The notes beneath the pieces were generated by a model. The model had not been told where the DNA came from, did not search any database, and saw only the letters and a list, made by a program, of their open reading frames with translations. DNA of 32,000 nucleotides, taken from Candidatus Hadarchaeota archaeon (GTDB lineage: Archaea > Hadarchaeota > Hadarchaeia > Hadarchaeales > Hadarchaeaceae). The stretch spans positions 540,788-572,787 of the forward strand of contig CAZETV010000001.1 of assembly GCA_964514965.1 (NCBI GenBank), in the 5' to 3' direction. Positions 18,464 through 28,051 of the stretch are shown here, in pieces. The translations under genes were made by a program, and so were the position numbers. How positions within the stretch are numbered: position 1 is the first letter of the stretch; every line of letters begins with the position of its first letter.

Positions 18464-18801
18464 GGAGATTCCCTTGGCAAGTCAGTGAGAAGGTTAATTT
18501 TGATCTCTTTCGTTTTTAGTCGCCATATCTTTTCAGGTGCCCCCCCTCCAACCTCTCGATACTCAGCTAATTCAACGACGCCTGCTTCCTCTAGTTCAGA
18601 AAGGTGATAATATAGTCCAGACCTTGAAATGCCTTCTCCAACTTTCTTTAACCCCTCAAAGATTTCATTAGTGCTTTTTGCTTCATTCCCTATAATGTGA
18701 ATAATCATCCATCTAGTCGGGCAATGAAGAGCCCTAAAGTACATCTGGAACCTACTGAACTTTTTTGAGTCGAAATCGTCACATTCGCCGCCGCACATCA
18801 A
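18460..18801 (-). CDS. ArsR/PadR-like winged-helix transcriptional regulator of the ABC operon
   Basis: ALHCPTRWMIIHIIGNEAKSTNEIFEGL ... SRSGLYYHLSELEEAGVVELAEYREVGGGAPEKIWRL; 4-nt overlap with the ATPase gene. Confidence 0.85.
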   Translation of the reverse strand: MMCGGECDDFDSKKFSRFQMYFRALHCPTRWMIIHIIGNEAKSTNEIFEGLKKVGEGISRSGLYYHLSELEEAGVVELAEYREVGGGAPEKIWRLKTKEIKINLLTDLPRESP

Positions 18802-19332
18802 ATACCACCTTTGTATACCCCGATTTTTTTTGATATATTATCGAAAATACTGTAATATTATAGTATTAAAAACTTTTGCAAAGCACTCAGCGCTGTTATT
18901 AAGCGTACCTCTCCCGCCCGCATTAAAAAAAGGGAAAAATTTTTGCTTAAAGCTTAAAACGAGCGTTAAAATTGCTCAATTTTTGCACTTGAATGGATCA
19001 CAGGTTACGGTAGATTTAAACGGGGGCTTGAACCTACTCCCCCGCACCGTCTTGACGCCGTTGACTTATCCTTTTTATAAAAAGTCCTGCGTCTGGCTGG
19101 CTCATGCACAGTGGGTTCAGGTTTGATGGTTCAAGAATGGACTAAATATAGAAAACGAAAGGAGTTCAAATCCCACCTCACTTTTTGGAATTTGAAGGTG
19201 TCTTAACGAGGTACTACGCAGACTGCTCACCGGAATGACTAGGGGAGATTTACAAAACAGGTTGATATTATGGTCTGCTAAACAAATATTTTAAAACGTG
19301 AATAAATTATAAACTAGCGAGAGGTAAACAAC

Positions 19333-19539
19333 ATGCCTTTGGTTGAAATAAGTTTGGTGGAAAAAGAGTTGTCCGAGGAGCAGAAAGTTAAAATAGCTAA
19401 CGCCGTATCCGACCTTCTGATATGCGAGATCCCGAAATTGCCCAAAGAAGCCATTTCAGTAATATTCTATGAGACTCCATCAGAGAACTGGATAGTCGGC
19501 GGGAAGACTGTGGAAGAACTAAAGCAAAGAAGAACTTAG
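19333..19539 (+). CDS. 4-oxalocrotonate tautomerase family protein
   Basis: N-terminal Pro after Met (MPLVEISLVEKELSEEQKVKIANAVSDLL), 68 aa, NWIVGGKTV. Confidence 0.85.
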   Translation: MPLVEISLVEKELSEEQKVKIANAVSDLLICEIPKLPKEAISVIFYETPSENWIVGGKTVEELKQRRT

Positions 19540-19853
19540 ATTCCTCCTGAAAAAGTTTGGTGATGAGAGTTGGGACTCCTGCCGACCTAAAAACGCCTTT
19601 AACACGATTTGTCCTATTGATCAAGTTAAGAGAATGGGTGAGAAAAAGCTAGAAAAGGTGCGGCACTATAACGACTATTTTCCCGAAAGGCTGAGACCTA
19701 CGAGATGGCGGGTTTAAGGGTTTTTGTAACCCAACAAGGGCTCTCACTATACTTATTTTCCCAGTTAAAACACCAAATTAGACCATTGAACCCACAATTC
19801 TTTAGTTTTCTACGCGTTTAAGGTGTTAATAACATTCTGTGGGTTGGTAAAAG

Positions 19854-21074
19854 ATGGCGGATGCGACGCGTTCAGACGGTTCGTTTGTGGATATGGGGGA
19901 GGCTGCAGGTCATCTTAAAAAACGCAAAGAAAAGCATATGCATAGAATTTTCCCGATTTTGGCCCTATCCATCTTCTCTTCCATGCTGGGGATGGGGCTC
20001 ATAGTCCCAATCCTCCCCCTCTACGCCGAGAACATGGGGGCCACCGGGGTCTGGATAGGAATTATCTTCGCCTCGTATTCCATTTCCCGTACCGTGTTCA
20101 TGCCGGTCATCGGGAGGCTATCGGACCGGTGGGGCAGGAAAGTGTTCCTTTGCTTTGGACTTCTCGTATATGCTCTGATCTCCATCGGTTATGTGTGGGC
20201 GACGCAGGTTCCCGAGTTAACACTCATCCGGGTGTTGCACGGTGCCGCCGCTGGTATGATTCTGCCAATTGCCCAAGCTTACATCGGAGACCTCGCGCCA
20301 ACGGGACACGAGGGGACTTGGATGGGGTATTTTAATGCCGCCTTTTTTATGGGCTTTGGCTTCGGTCCTCTTATGGGGGGAGTTCTTACCGATAGCTTCG
20401 GCATGAATTTTCCCTTTTACATTATGGGCGCCCTCAATTTGCTGGCATTTTTCTTCGCCCTGTTTTTTCTTCCAGAGGTTCGCCGCATGGGTGAAATCGT
20501 GGGTCGTGATGCACCTTCAGGTAAAATGAGGGAAAGCAGGGTAATGAGGGGCCTCTTCAGTTACCGACTGGCGCGATCCTTTGGAAGGGGTTCTTTCACG
20601 TGCTTTCTTCCGATCCTCGCCTCCTCTTATCTGGGGTTAACGGCCTCCCAGACGGGGCTTCTGATCGCTGTCAACATTTTACTGATGTCACTGTTTCAGA
20701 TTAGATTCGGAAAAATCGCGGACAAGTTCAGCAGGAGAGGGCTAGTCATCTGCGGGAGCTTGACCAATGTCACATTTCTTTTTTTGATCCCGCTGTGCGT
20801 AACCTTTTGGCAATTGCTGGCTGTATGCGCGTTCGGCGCTCTTGGGGGCTCGATCTCGGTACCTGCCGCTTCCGCTCTAACGGTTAATGAAGGCAGAAAA
20901 TACGGCATGGGATCCACCATTGGAATGTTTACAATGGCGATGAGCATAGGCATGTTCGTGGGTCCGGTCCTGGGCGGGGGACTCGTTGATATGTTGGGTG
21001 TTTACTCGGTGTTTTATTTCGGAGGGTTAGTTTCACTCCTAGGGACTGCGGTATTTGCTTGGTTCACGGGGTAA
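19854..21074 (+). CDS. Major facilitator superfamily (MFS) transporter
   Basis: 12-TM pattern; GRLSDRWGRKVFLCFGL, ADKFSRRGLVICGSL loop motifs, GFGPLMGGVLTDSFG. Confidence 0.93.
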   Translation: MADATRSDGSFVDMGEAAGHLKKRKEKHMHRIFPILALSIFSSMLGMGLIVPILPLYAENMGATGVWIGIIFASYSISRTVFMPVIGRLSDRWGRKVFLCFGLLVYALISIGYVWATQVPELTLIRVLHGAAAGMILPIAQAYIGDLAPTGHEGTWMGYFNAAFFMGFGFGPLMGGVLTDSFGMNFPFYIMGALNLLAFFFALFFLPEVRRMGEIVGRDAPSGKMRESRVMRGLFSYRLARSFGRGSFTCFLPILASSYLGLTASQTGLLIAVNILLMSLFQIRFGKIADKFSRRGLVICGSLTNVTFLFLIPLCVTFWQLLAVCAFGALGGSISVPAASALTVNEGRKYGMGSTIGMFTMAMSIGMFVGPVLGGGLVDMLGVYSVFYFGGLVSLLGTAVFAWFTG

Positions 21075-21362
21075 GGGAGCACGGACCTCAGCTATTCGAG
21101 CCGCGATATGAGCGTAATTTCGATGTTCATCCGGTTCGCAAAAAATAAAGCAAGATCGAAGCAGGATTTTGCCTTAGGACTGGTCCTGTACAGGTTATGC
21201 AGCTGGAATACTTTCCCTTGAACTTGAGATAGCGCATTCTTAGAAGATTCCGTAAATCCTCTGGAGCGTACAAATCTGAGTTTTTATTATTTTATAGTCG
21301 GGAAGAAATAATCCAACTAGTTTTATAATACTTCAAAACGTATTACATCTCGGTGGAAATAG

Positions 21363-22049
21363 ATGCCAATTTTTGAGAATGAGACTGAAAAGATAGTTAA
21401 AACACTGGGTTTAGAATGGGAACCTGTGGCCGTAAAGTTCTCGGATAGTGCTGATGAGAAGGGAATTCCAAGAAAGCTTAAAGTTTGTCAAGCCATTGAT
21501 GTGGTTAGACGTGAAAGCGTGACAATCAACTTATCTAAAGAGAATTGTGTCTGTCCAGGTGGTAGACGCTACACTGGTCTAGAAGTTCTTCCACTAGAAG
21601 CAATTGCGGGTGTTTGGACGAAGGCACATAAGGCTTACGAATCCATGGACATCGCACTATCATCGCTAAAAAAGCAGCCCCAACCTGTTAAGAGGGGAGA
21701 CTTCCTTATTTTAAGCCCTCTAAAAAAGGTTGAGACAGACCCCGACATGGTTTTACTTTTCGCAAACGCTGAGCAAGCTGACAGGATATTGGGACTGGTT
21801 TCTTTTAAAGAGGCTGAACCCTTCGCTTATTATCCAGTAAGCAACACGTGTTCAGTTATAACAAACACGTTAGGGAAGGGAGGACCAGAAATATGTTTCA
21901 TGACAAAACATTCAAGACAAGAGTTTAGGTTGTCTCCAAATGAACTCATAATTGGTTTGCCCTTCGGAGACTTTGAAGCCGCGGTCAATAATATTTCCAA
22001 CTCTGGCTTCGGAACTGCCCAAACATCTCCCCCACCAAAGGCACGTTGA
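21363..22049 (+). CDS. DUF169 family protein
   Basis: LGLEWEPVAVKFSD ... CQAIDVVRRESVTINLSKENCVCPGGRRYTG ... KHSRQEFRLSPNELIIGLPFGDFEAAVNN. Confidence 0.82.
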   Translation: MPIFENETEKIVKTLGLEWEPVAVKFSDSADEKGIPRKLKVCQAIDVVRRESVTINLSKENCVCPGGRRYTGLEVLPLEAIAGVWTKAHKAYESMDIALSSLKKQPQPVKRGDFLILSPLKKVETDPDMVLLFANAEQADRILGLVSFKEAEPFAYYPVSNTCSVITNTLGKGGPEICFMTKHSRQEFRLSPNELIIGLPFGDFEAAVNNISNSGFGTAQTSPPPKAR

Positions 22050-22163
22050 ACAAAGAAAACTCTCGCAGAGCTAGATGTGAAGATGACTGATTGTATAAGA
22101 GCGTATCTCTAAAGTCCGCAAGACGTTAGAAAAAAAATACAGACAAGTTAGAATTGAATTTAG

Positions 22164-22269
22164 TGCGGCCGGCGGGATTCGAACCCGCGCAGCAGGCTTT
22201 TCCCGAGCATTCATGGGAAGCCTGAGTCCTTTGGCAGCATTTGCTTTAACCAGACTGGACCACGGCCGC
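22164..22269 (-). tRNA. tRNA-Gly(CCC) with two BHB-type introns (22230-22246 in the D-loop; 22199-22213 at 37/38)
   Basis: Acceptor GCGGCCG/CGGCCGC, D stem GUCC/GGAC, anticodon stem CAGGC/GCCUG with loop UUCCCAA after intron removal, T stem GCGGG/CCCGC with UUCGAAU; mature length 74 nt. Both introns satisfy the 3-nt bulge, 4-bp helix, 3-nt bulge rule. Confidence 0.92.
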
Positions 22270-22406
22270 ACAATTAAATGTCATCCAGTTCTAATTAAAT
22301 TTTTAATTTTTGTCTTCTTCGGATAGCCCGTTTCTGTCGAGCGAGAAGCCGGAGTTTGCCGGGTGTCAGGAGTGGTGTTAAGAAGCTAAGGAGGTTGGAG
22401 AAAATC

Positions 22407-23201
22407 CTAGAGCCGTTCCCGCGCGACCTGAGTGAGTTCGGTCTTTGTCAGCAACCCCACAAGCTCTCCTTCAAAGTTCAGCACGGGGAGGGTGGAGAAT
22501 CTACGCTCGAACATGAGACGCGAAACTTCTGGGAGTCTGGCATCCGTTCGCGTCGTCGTGGCCGGCTGGGTCATGATTTCCTTTACTAACAAATTTCTGA
22601 TGTGCTCACTCTTTTGCTGATTTGGAACGGCTCCCTGAAAAGCTGCGAGCTTCATTGCCACGTCTCGCACCGTTACGACGCCGACAAGCTTTCCATCCTC
22701 CATGACCGGCAAACCGATTAAATCCTCATCGAGCAACAGCCGCCGCGCGTGAACAACCCGATCTCCCGGCGAAACGGTCGTCGGGCTGGCCTGCATCACC
22801 TGCCCCACATAAACATCTTCGTACTCCGAGCAAACCTTCGCGAAGTCCAGCTTGGTCACGATGCCAGAGAGGTGCCCCTCCTCGACTACTGGAAGTCCAC
22901 TGATGTCGTGGTCGAGCATGATCTCGGCAGCCCGCTTCACCATTACTTCCGGGGCCACTGTGATCGGGTTAAGGGTCATCACATTCGAGACGTATATCCG
23001 GTCGAGAGACAAGCGATAAGCTGTGCTCGACCCCATCTCACGAGCGATGTCCTTCTCGGTAATCACGCCCACGATTTTTCCCGTCTGAAGCGCTACGAGG
23101 CGAGAGATTTCTTTCTGTTGCATCAAATCGATCGCGTTCGCTAAAGGCTGATCCTTGTCAAGCGTCACGACGGGCGAGCTCATGATTTGGCTAACACGCA
23201 T
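22407..23201 (-). CDS. CBS-domain protein (tandem CBS)
   Basis: MRVSQIMSSPVVTLDKDQPLANAIDLMQQKEISRLVAL ... VGVITEKDIARE; repeats of the CBS pattern. Confidence 0.93.
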   Translation of the reverse strand: MRVSQIMSSPVVTLDKDQPLANAIDLMQQKEISRLVALQTGKIVGVITEKDIAREMGSSTAYRLSLDRIYVSNVMTLNPITVAPEVMVKRAAEIMLDHDISGLPVVEEGHLSGIVTKLDFAKVCSEYEDVYVGQVMQASPTTVSPGDRVVHARRLLLDEDLIGLPVMEDGKLVGVVTVRDVAMKLAAFQGAVPNQQKSEHIRNLLVKEIMTQPATTTRTDARLPEVSRLMFERRFSTLPVLNFEGELVGLLTKTELTQVARERL

Positions 23202-23210
23202 TTAAACCCC

Positions 23211-24122
23211 TCAAACCAACAACTCCAACAGATCATGCTCAGTTATTATCCCCTTGAGTTCATCTCTCTCGACTACCGGCACGCAGCCGCACCCGCGCTC
23301 ACACATGAGCCCCGTGGCGTCCCCAAGGTCGGTCTCAGGTGCCACGGTCAACACGTCACGAGTCATTATCTCTTCAACACCTACAGACATCGCTTCGTCT
23401 ACGCGTTGCGAGAGCATGTGCTCGAACACCTTACTCGTTCCGAAGTAACGCAAGATGTCAACGCTCGTGACAATCCCAGCAAGTTCTCTTTCGCGTACCA
23501 CGGGCAGGCGTCGAACTCCTCTAGAAATCATCCTTCTTGCCGCTTCACGAATTTGAAGTTCGGGCTCAGCTGTGATCACATGGCGGGTCATGTAATAGCT
23601 CACGGGTGTCCCAGTCTTGGCCGGCACATAGGTTATGAAATCGCGCTCCGAGACGATACCAGCAATCTGTCCATGCTCGTCAAGAATAGGTATCCCCCCA
23701 ACACCTGTTTGGAGAAGGAGCTTCACGGCATCTATTATAGACATGTCGGTGGTACCGTGGATTACCCGCTCGGACATAATAATCCGCACAGGCTCGTTAG
23801 CCGCAGCGAAGAAATTGCCCTTTAACTTCTCCTGCACAATTCTGAATTTTTCGCCTCCGCCCAAGAAGTCTATGATGTCTCGCGTGCGGATGATGCCCAT
23901 GAGTTTTTTGGTACCGGGGGTCGCCACAGGTAACCTCCGCACACCCCGCTCAATCATGAGCTCGGCCGCATTCTTTATCTGCATTGTCGGAGGAACTGTT
24001 ATAACTAGTTTTCGCGCGAGCGACATGATGTTCCCTTCCTCTCGATGGCGTCTCGACTTGAAAGCCAGCGGTCCACGTTTGATAGACTTGTAATGGGGAA
24101 ATCTCCGCACCCTACCACCCAC
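23211..24122 (-). CDS. CBS-domain protein (tandem CBS)
   Basis: Tandem CBS patterns such as AAELMIERGVRRLPVATPGTKKLMGIIRTRDIIDFL and GIPILDEHGQIAGIVSERDFI. Confidence 0.93.
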   Translation of the reverse strand: MGGRVRRFPHYKSIKRGPLAFKSRRHREEGNIMSLARKLVITVPPTMQIKNAAELMIERGVRRLPVATPGTKKLMGIIRTRDIIDFLGGGEKFRIVQEKLKGNFFAAANEPVRIIMSERVIHGTTDMSIIDAVKLLLQTGVGGIPILDEHGQIAGIVSERDFITYVPAKTGTPVSYYMTRHVITAEPELQIREAARRMISRGVRRLPVVRERELAGIVTSVDILRYFGTSKVFEHMLSQRVDEAMSVGVEEIMTRDVLTVAPETDLGDATGLMCERGCGCVPVVERDELKGIITEHDLLELLV

Positions 24123-24927
24123 ATGCTACTCTTACAATATCTGAACGACTCACAATTCCCACGAGGTTGCCCTCATCGACGACTGGGAGCCTTCCAACGT
24201 TGCGTTTGAGCATGACTTCGATGGCTTCGGTGAGAGGCACCTTGGGAGAAACGGTTATCGCGGGAGTGCGCATGAGATTTCGCACCTTGGTAGATGGACG
24301 CCCACCCTTTGCCGATTCCTCTGCCAATCGAATTTCTCCTGAGCGAATTATGTCCGAGCGGGTTACCATGCCGACTACCTCGAGCTTGTGTTTTTGCTTG
24401 TCGTAGCGTGTTACCGGCACACCCGAATAGCGATTTTGTTCCATGATGCCCCAGACGCGAGATATCTCGTCATCTCGTTCGCAAATTACAACCTTCTTGA
24501 CCATGACGTCCCCGACCGTAAGCTTCGACTTCATCCTCTCCACAATTTTGAGGATGTCATCCAGCTTGATGAGTCCGATCACAGTTTTATCGCTGTAGCT
24601 CTGAACCACCGGCACATTTGATATCCCAAGCCGGACCATGTCTTTTGCAATCTTAGCTAAATCGCTTGCGGGGGTTGCGATGAGTTGTGAAGGGAACATG
24701 AGACCTGCGACGGGGATGTTGGAGCGGGTTGAGGTAATGCGAATGATTTGTTGGGCAGTGATGATTCCCTCGAGCCTCCCCCCATCGATGACGGGAAGGG
24801 CTCGAAAGCCGCTCGAGCGCATGACTGCCCGAGCTCTGGTGATTAGGTCCCGTGAGCTAACAAAAATGAGGCAGGGCTGCATCACATCGCTGATGCTGAC
24901 CCGCATGAGCAGGCCCCGGCATGCCAT
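24112..24927 (-). CDS. CBS-domain protein (tandem CBS)
   Basis: VSISDVMQPCLIFVSSRDLITRARAVMRSSGFRALPVIDGGRLEGIITAQQI and further CBS units; overlaps the preceding gene. Confidence 0.93.
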   Translation of the reverse strand: MACRGLLMRVSISDVMQPCLIFVSSRDLITRARAVMRSSGFRALPVIDGGRLEGIITAQQIIRITSTRSNIPVAGLMFPSQLIATPASDLAKIAKDMVRLGISNVPVVQSYSDKTVIGLIKLDDILKIVERMKSKLTVGDVMVKKVVICERDDEISRVWGIMEQNRYSGVPVTRYDKQKHKLEVVGMVTRSDIIRSGEIRLAEESAKGGRPSTKVRNLMRTPAITVSPKVPLTEAIEVMLKRNVGRLPVVDEGNLVGIVSRSDIVRVACGW

Positions 24928-24935
24928 TCCACCAT

Positions 24936-25484
24936 CTACCCGCCCACAGTGTCGCGGCAGTTCTCACAAACCCACATACCGTTTACTTCGGAGAGGGCAG
25001 TTGTAACCTCGCCGCAGACCTCGCATACGCTCTGCCCGACCTCCTCGCGCTCGAACATCTCTGAGTGCGAGACTAATTCAGTGAGTTCGGGAGAAATCGC
25101 GGTGATGTCACTTGCGGTGAGGATACCTATGAGGATTCCTTTTTCGACCACTGGCAAACGTCTAATCTTGCTGTGGGCCATCATTCGCGCGGCATCGGTT
25201 ATGTCTATGTTGGGGCTAATCGTCATTATTGGACTCGACATGATCTTGCCGATCTTGACTTTGCTAGGTTTCAAATCCAAACTCACAACTTTCATCAACA
25301 GATCCCGTTCGGTCAAAATTCCTACTGGCTTCTTTTTCTTCACAATAATTATACTTCCCACTCCGCGCTCGGCCATGAGTTTCGCTGCCCGGTTGACAGT
25401 AGTGTTTGGGCCTGCAGTGAGAACCTTGTCAGCCATCGCGTCTCTGACTGAAGCAACACGCTTCACGGATTCACCGTTCTTCAA
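24936..25484 (-). CDS. CBS-domain pair with C-terminal zinc ribbon
   Basis: AAKLMAERGVGSIIIVKKKKPVGILTERDLLMKV and a second CBS, then VCEVCGEVTTALSEVNGMWVCENC (CxxC...CxxC). Confidence 0.93.
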   Translation of the reverse strand: MKNGESVKRVASVRDAMADKVLTAGPNTTVNRAAKLMAERGVGSIIIVKKKKPVGILTERDLLMKVVSLDLKPSKVKIGKIMSSPIMTISPNIDITDAARMMAHSKIRRLPVVEKGILIGILTASDITAISPELTELVSHSEMFEREEVGQSVCEVCGEVTTALSEVNGMWVCENCRDTVGG

Positions 25485-25536
25485 TATGGATTATGGTATT
25501 TAAAAACTTACAATACTAAACTTCAACGGGTTTAAC

Positions 25537-26244
25537 TTGGTCGAAGAGTGGAAGCGTGCAGCGGCCGAGGCGGCGGCGAAGCTTGTAAAGGGACACATGT
25601 TCGTTGGCCTAGGCTCGGGCACGACGGTCGCGCTGGTTGTTCGGGCCCTAGCGAAGTTGAGGCCCAAGGCGGTCTTCATCCCGAGTTCCTTCTCCACCCA
25701 GAGGCTTGCGAACGAGTTGGGATTAAAACTAAGTTCACTCGATGTCCACGAAAAACTCGATCTAATGATTGATGGAGCCGATGAAGTCGACCCGAATTTC
25801 AACCTGATCAAAGGAGGAGGTGGAGCTCACACCCGCGAGAAAATCGTTGCGAGCGCGGGACAAAAAGTTGTCATCGTTGCGGACCGGACAAAATTGGTCA
25901 GACGCTTGGGTGAGCGCATGTCCGTGCCGGTCGAGGTTTTGCCCTTCTCGCGCGAGTACACGATGAAACATCTGGCGAAGCTCGGCGGAGAACCTAAGCT
26001 GAGGATGACTCCGGCTGGAACACCTTTTGTGACCGATAACGGCAACTACATCGTGGACGTGAAGTTCGCGCGGATAGCTAAACCAGCTCAGCTCGAGGCG
26101 GCGATCAATCGCGTGCCGGGTGTTGTTGAAAACGGGATTTTTGTGGACGTCGCAGACCTGGTGCTAGTTGGATATGAAAGAGGCTGCGCAAAACTGCGAT
26201 CGAAGAAAGATTTTCTGAAGTTTGTGCAAAGCGTCAAAGCTTAA
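25537..26244 (+). CDS. rpiA: Ribose-5-phosphate isomerase A (TTG start)
   Basis: GHMFVGLGSGTTVALVVRAL, SSFSTQRLANELG, DLMIDGADEVDPNFNLIKGGGGAHTREKIVA, ADRTKLV, PVEVLPFS. Confidence 0.96.
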   Translation: MVEEWKRAAAEAAAKLVKGHMFVGLGSGTTVALVVRALAKLRPKAVFIPSSFSTQRLANELGLKLSSLDVHEKLDLMIDGADEVDPNFNLIKGGGGAHTREKIVASAGQKVVIVADRTKLVRRLGERMSVPVEVLPFSREYTMKHLAKLGGEPKLRMTPAGTPFVTDNGNYIVDVKFARIAKPAQLEAAINRVPGVVENGIFVDVADLVLVGYERGCAKLRSKKDFLKFVQSVKA

Positions 26245-26269
26245 GAATTTGAGACATGAATTGATTAGT

Positions 26270-26388
26270 GCCGGAGTAGCTCAAGCGGTCCGAGCGCGAG
26301 ACTCATAACCTTACTAGCGGTTGTGAGTGCTGATTTACGAGATGATGTGAGAAATCTCGAGGTCGGGGTTCGACTCCCCGCTCCGGCA
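26270..26388 (+). tRNA. tRNA-Met(CAU), elongator-type (or Ile2 CAU), with a 46-nt intron at 37/38 (26308-26353)
   Basis: Acceptor GCCGGAG/CUCCGGC, D stem GCUC/GAGC, anticodon stem CGAGA/UCUCG with loop CUCAUAA after splicing, T arm CGGGG-UUCGACU-CCCCG; BHB with CUCA/UGAG central helix and 3-nt bulges. Confidence 0.93.
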
Positions 26389-26442
26389 TCAATCCAGTAA
26401 AAACTTTCAGACCTCCATCAAGGATTGACGGCACTAAATAAT

Positions 26443-26477
26443 TTATATAGGGTTGGCTCCAAGTTTGCGGAGGTGAT
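26443..26477 (+). promoter_or_regulatory. TATA-like box (tttatata, 26443-26450) and strong Shine-Dalgarno (ggaggtgat, ~26469-26477) for the TIM gene
   Basis: A/T-rich box ~30 nt upstream and SD directly 5' of the TTG start at 26481. Confidence 0.5.
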
Positions 26478-26480
26478 AGT

Positions 26481-27158
26481 TTGCTGAAAACACCAATCGT
26501 AATCGTGAACTTCAAAACCTACCCTCAATCGGTGGGCGAGCGAGCTGTGGAACTTGCCAAGGCAATCGCCGAGGTGGCCGAGGAGGAGGGGATAAGCGTC
26601 GCGGTTGCCCCTCAGAACCTCGATCTTTATCGGGTCGCGAGTCAGGTCGACATACCAGTTCTCGCGCAGCACGTTGACTCCATTGCCCCGGGTGCCCGCA
26701 CGGGATGGTTGCTAGCAGAGACGGTGAAGGCGACAGGGGCTATTGGCTCGTTGATCAATCACTCGGAGCACCAGATTCAGTCCGAGGAAATCGAGAAGGT
26801 GGTAAAGCGTCTGCGAGAAGTAGAGTTAACGAGCGTGGTTTGTGCGAAGGACCCGGAGGTCTGTAAGAAGGTCGCGGCATTCAAACCAGATATGGTCGCG
26901 GTCGAGCCTCCAGAACTGATAGGGACAGGTCAACCGGTGTCAAAAGTCAAGCCCGAGGTAGTGAGCGACGCGGTAAAATTAGTACACGAGGTCAACCCTG
27001 ATGTCCGAGTGCTCTGCGGAGCGGGGATAACAAGCGGCGAAGACACGCAAATCGCGCTGGAGCTGGGTGCCGAGGGCGTGCTACTTGCCTCGAGCGTTGT
27101 GAAGGCTGCCGACCCACGAGCGGCGATGTTGGACGTCGCGAAGGGAATAACTAAGTGA
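26481..27158 (+). CDS. tpiA: Triosephosphate isomerase, archaeal type (TTG start)
   Basis: IVIVNFKTYPQSVGERA, VAPQNLDLYRVAS, HVDSIAPGARTGWLLAE, GSLINHSEHQ, AVEPPELIGTGQPVSK, CGAGITSGEDTQIALELGAEGVLLAS. Confidence 0.97.
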   Translation: MLKTPIVIVNFKTYPQSVGERAVELAKAIAEVAEEEGISVAVAPQNLDLYRVASQVDIPVLAQHVDSIAPGARTGWLLAETVKATGAIGSLINHSEHQIQSEEIEKVVKRLREVELTSVVCAKDPEVCKKVAAFKPDMVAVEPPELIGTGQPVSKVKPEVVSDAVKLVHEVNPDVRVLCGAGITSGEDTQIALELGAEGVLLASSVVKAADPRAAMLDVAKGITK

Positions 27159-27251
27159 AACGAAATTAGGTAGTAGCGTGAGGGCGTTCTCGCAAACAAA
27201 GATAATTTTCTTCTCTACAGCATTTGCGTTCGTGACTTTAGAATTGGAAAA

Positions 27252-27995
27252 TCAGCTCTTCCCCGCCAATACTTTGAGAACATCGACGGGCTTTCCTTTG
27301 AGCTTCGTTTCTAGCTCCAACAGAAATCGGTCAGCGGGATCCCCCCCGAGTTGCCAGAGGTCGACGTAGATTTGAGCAAGCGTAGCCGCACCGTTCTTGT
27401 TCGTCTGCGCTAAATGTGGGTCCGGACTCAACACAAAAACGTTTTTTCGTTCAGCGGGACTTTCTGGGAACCTTCGTCGCACCTCATCGGGATTGGCGTA
27501 AACGAATATCTCTTCGTAATGGGTTGGGGTTCCCCTAAATCTCCGCCGGTAGCCGGAAAATGCCGTGAAGACAGCACCGCGGGGCATCCCATCCTCGATC
27601 TTGGAAACCGAATTGGGTGAGTAAGTCGAGTAGGAGATATCGCCGGCAAGGTTGCGAGTGCAGGCCCAGTAGGTGAGAACCTTCTCCGGATTCACCACTC
27701 TGAACCCGAGGGGCTTCTTCTTGATCGTGTGGAACTGGTTGAGCTTGGTCACCACGCGGTTCACTGTATCCATTGACAGCTCACACGCCTGCGCAAGCGA
27801 TTTCTGACTCATAAAGAGCTCATTCTGCTCATAGACTCGGTAAAGAATCTCTCGCAGAACACGATTAATTTTCTTCACGTATCTACCGATGTATAACCCT
27901 CTTATTAACGTAACGAATACCCAACAAACGCTGAACTTTCTTATCAATGTTTCGTGGAAAACCGATATATTTATATCTAAAAATTTCATAATCAT
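27252..27995 (-). CDS. Winged-helix protein resembling AbiEi-type antitoxin/regulators; N-terminus uncertain, likely starts internally near 27880
   Basis: NRVLREILYRVYEQNELFMSQKSLAQACELSMDTVNRVVTKLNQF (wHTH); GAVFTAFSGYRRRF ... YEEIFVYANPDEVRRRFPES ... QIYVDLWQLGGDPADRFLLELE. Confidence 0.6.
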   Translation of the reverse strand: MIMKFLDINISVFHETLIRKFSVCWVFVTLIRGLYIGRYVKKINRVLREILYRVYEQNELFMSQKSLAQACELSMDTVNRVVTKLNQFHTIKKKPLGFRVVNPEKVLTYWACTRNLAGDISYSTYSPNSVSKIEDGMPRGAVFTAFSGYRRRFRGTPTHYEEIFVYANPDEVRRRFPESPAERKNVFVLSPDPHLAQTNKNGAATLAQIYVDLWQLGGDPADRFLLELETKLKGKPVDVLKVLAGKS

Positions 27996-28051
27996 AGTAG
28001 TAGCAAAATTAGCAAAGCTATTTATGCACGTTTTTCAAGAAAACTATCCGT

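Noticed and set aside
19021-19044. Hairpin cgggggcttgaacctactcccccg
   Set aside because: Only a 6-bp stem with a 12-nt loop and no T-tract or adjacent gene end; function cannot be supported.
19100-19190. tRNA-like 3' segment ggagttcaaatcccacctcac
   Set aside because: T-stem pairs poorly and no gtgaggt 5' acceptor strand is present; at best a decayed fragment, not reported as a tRNA.
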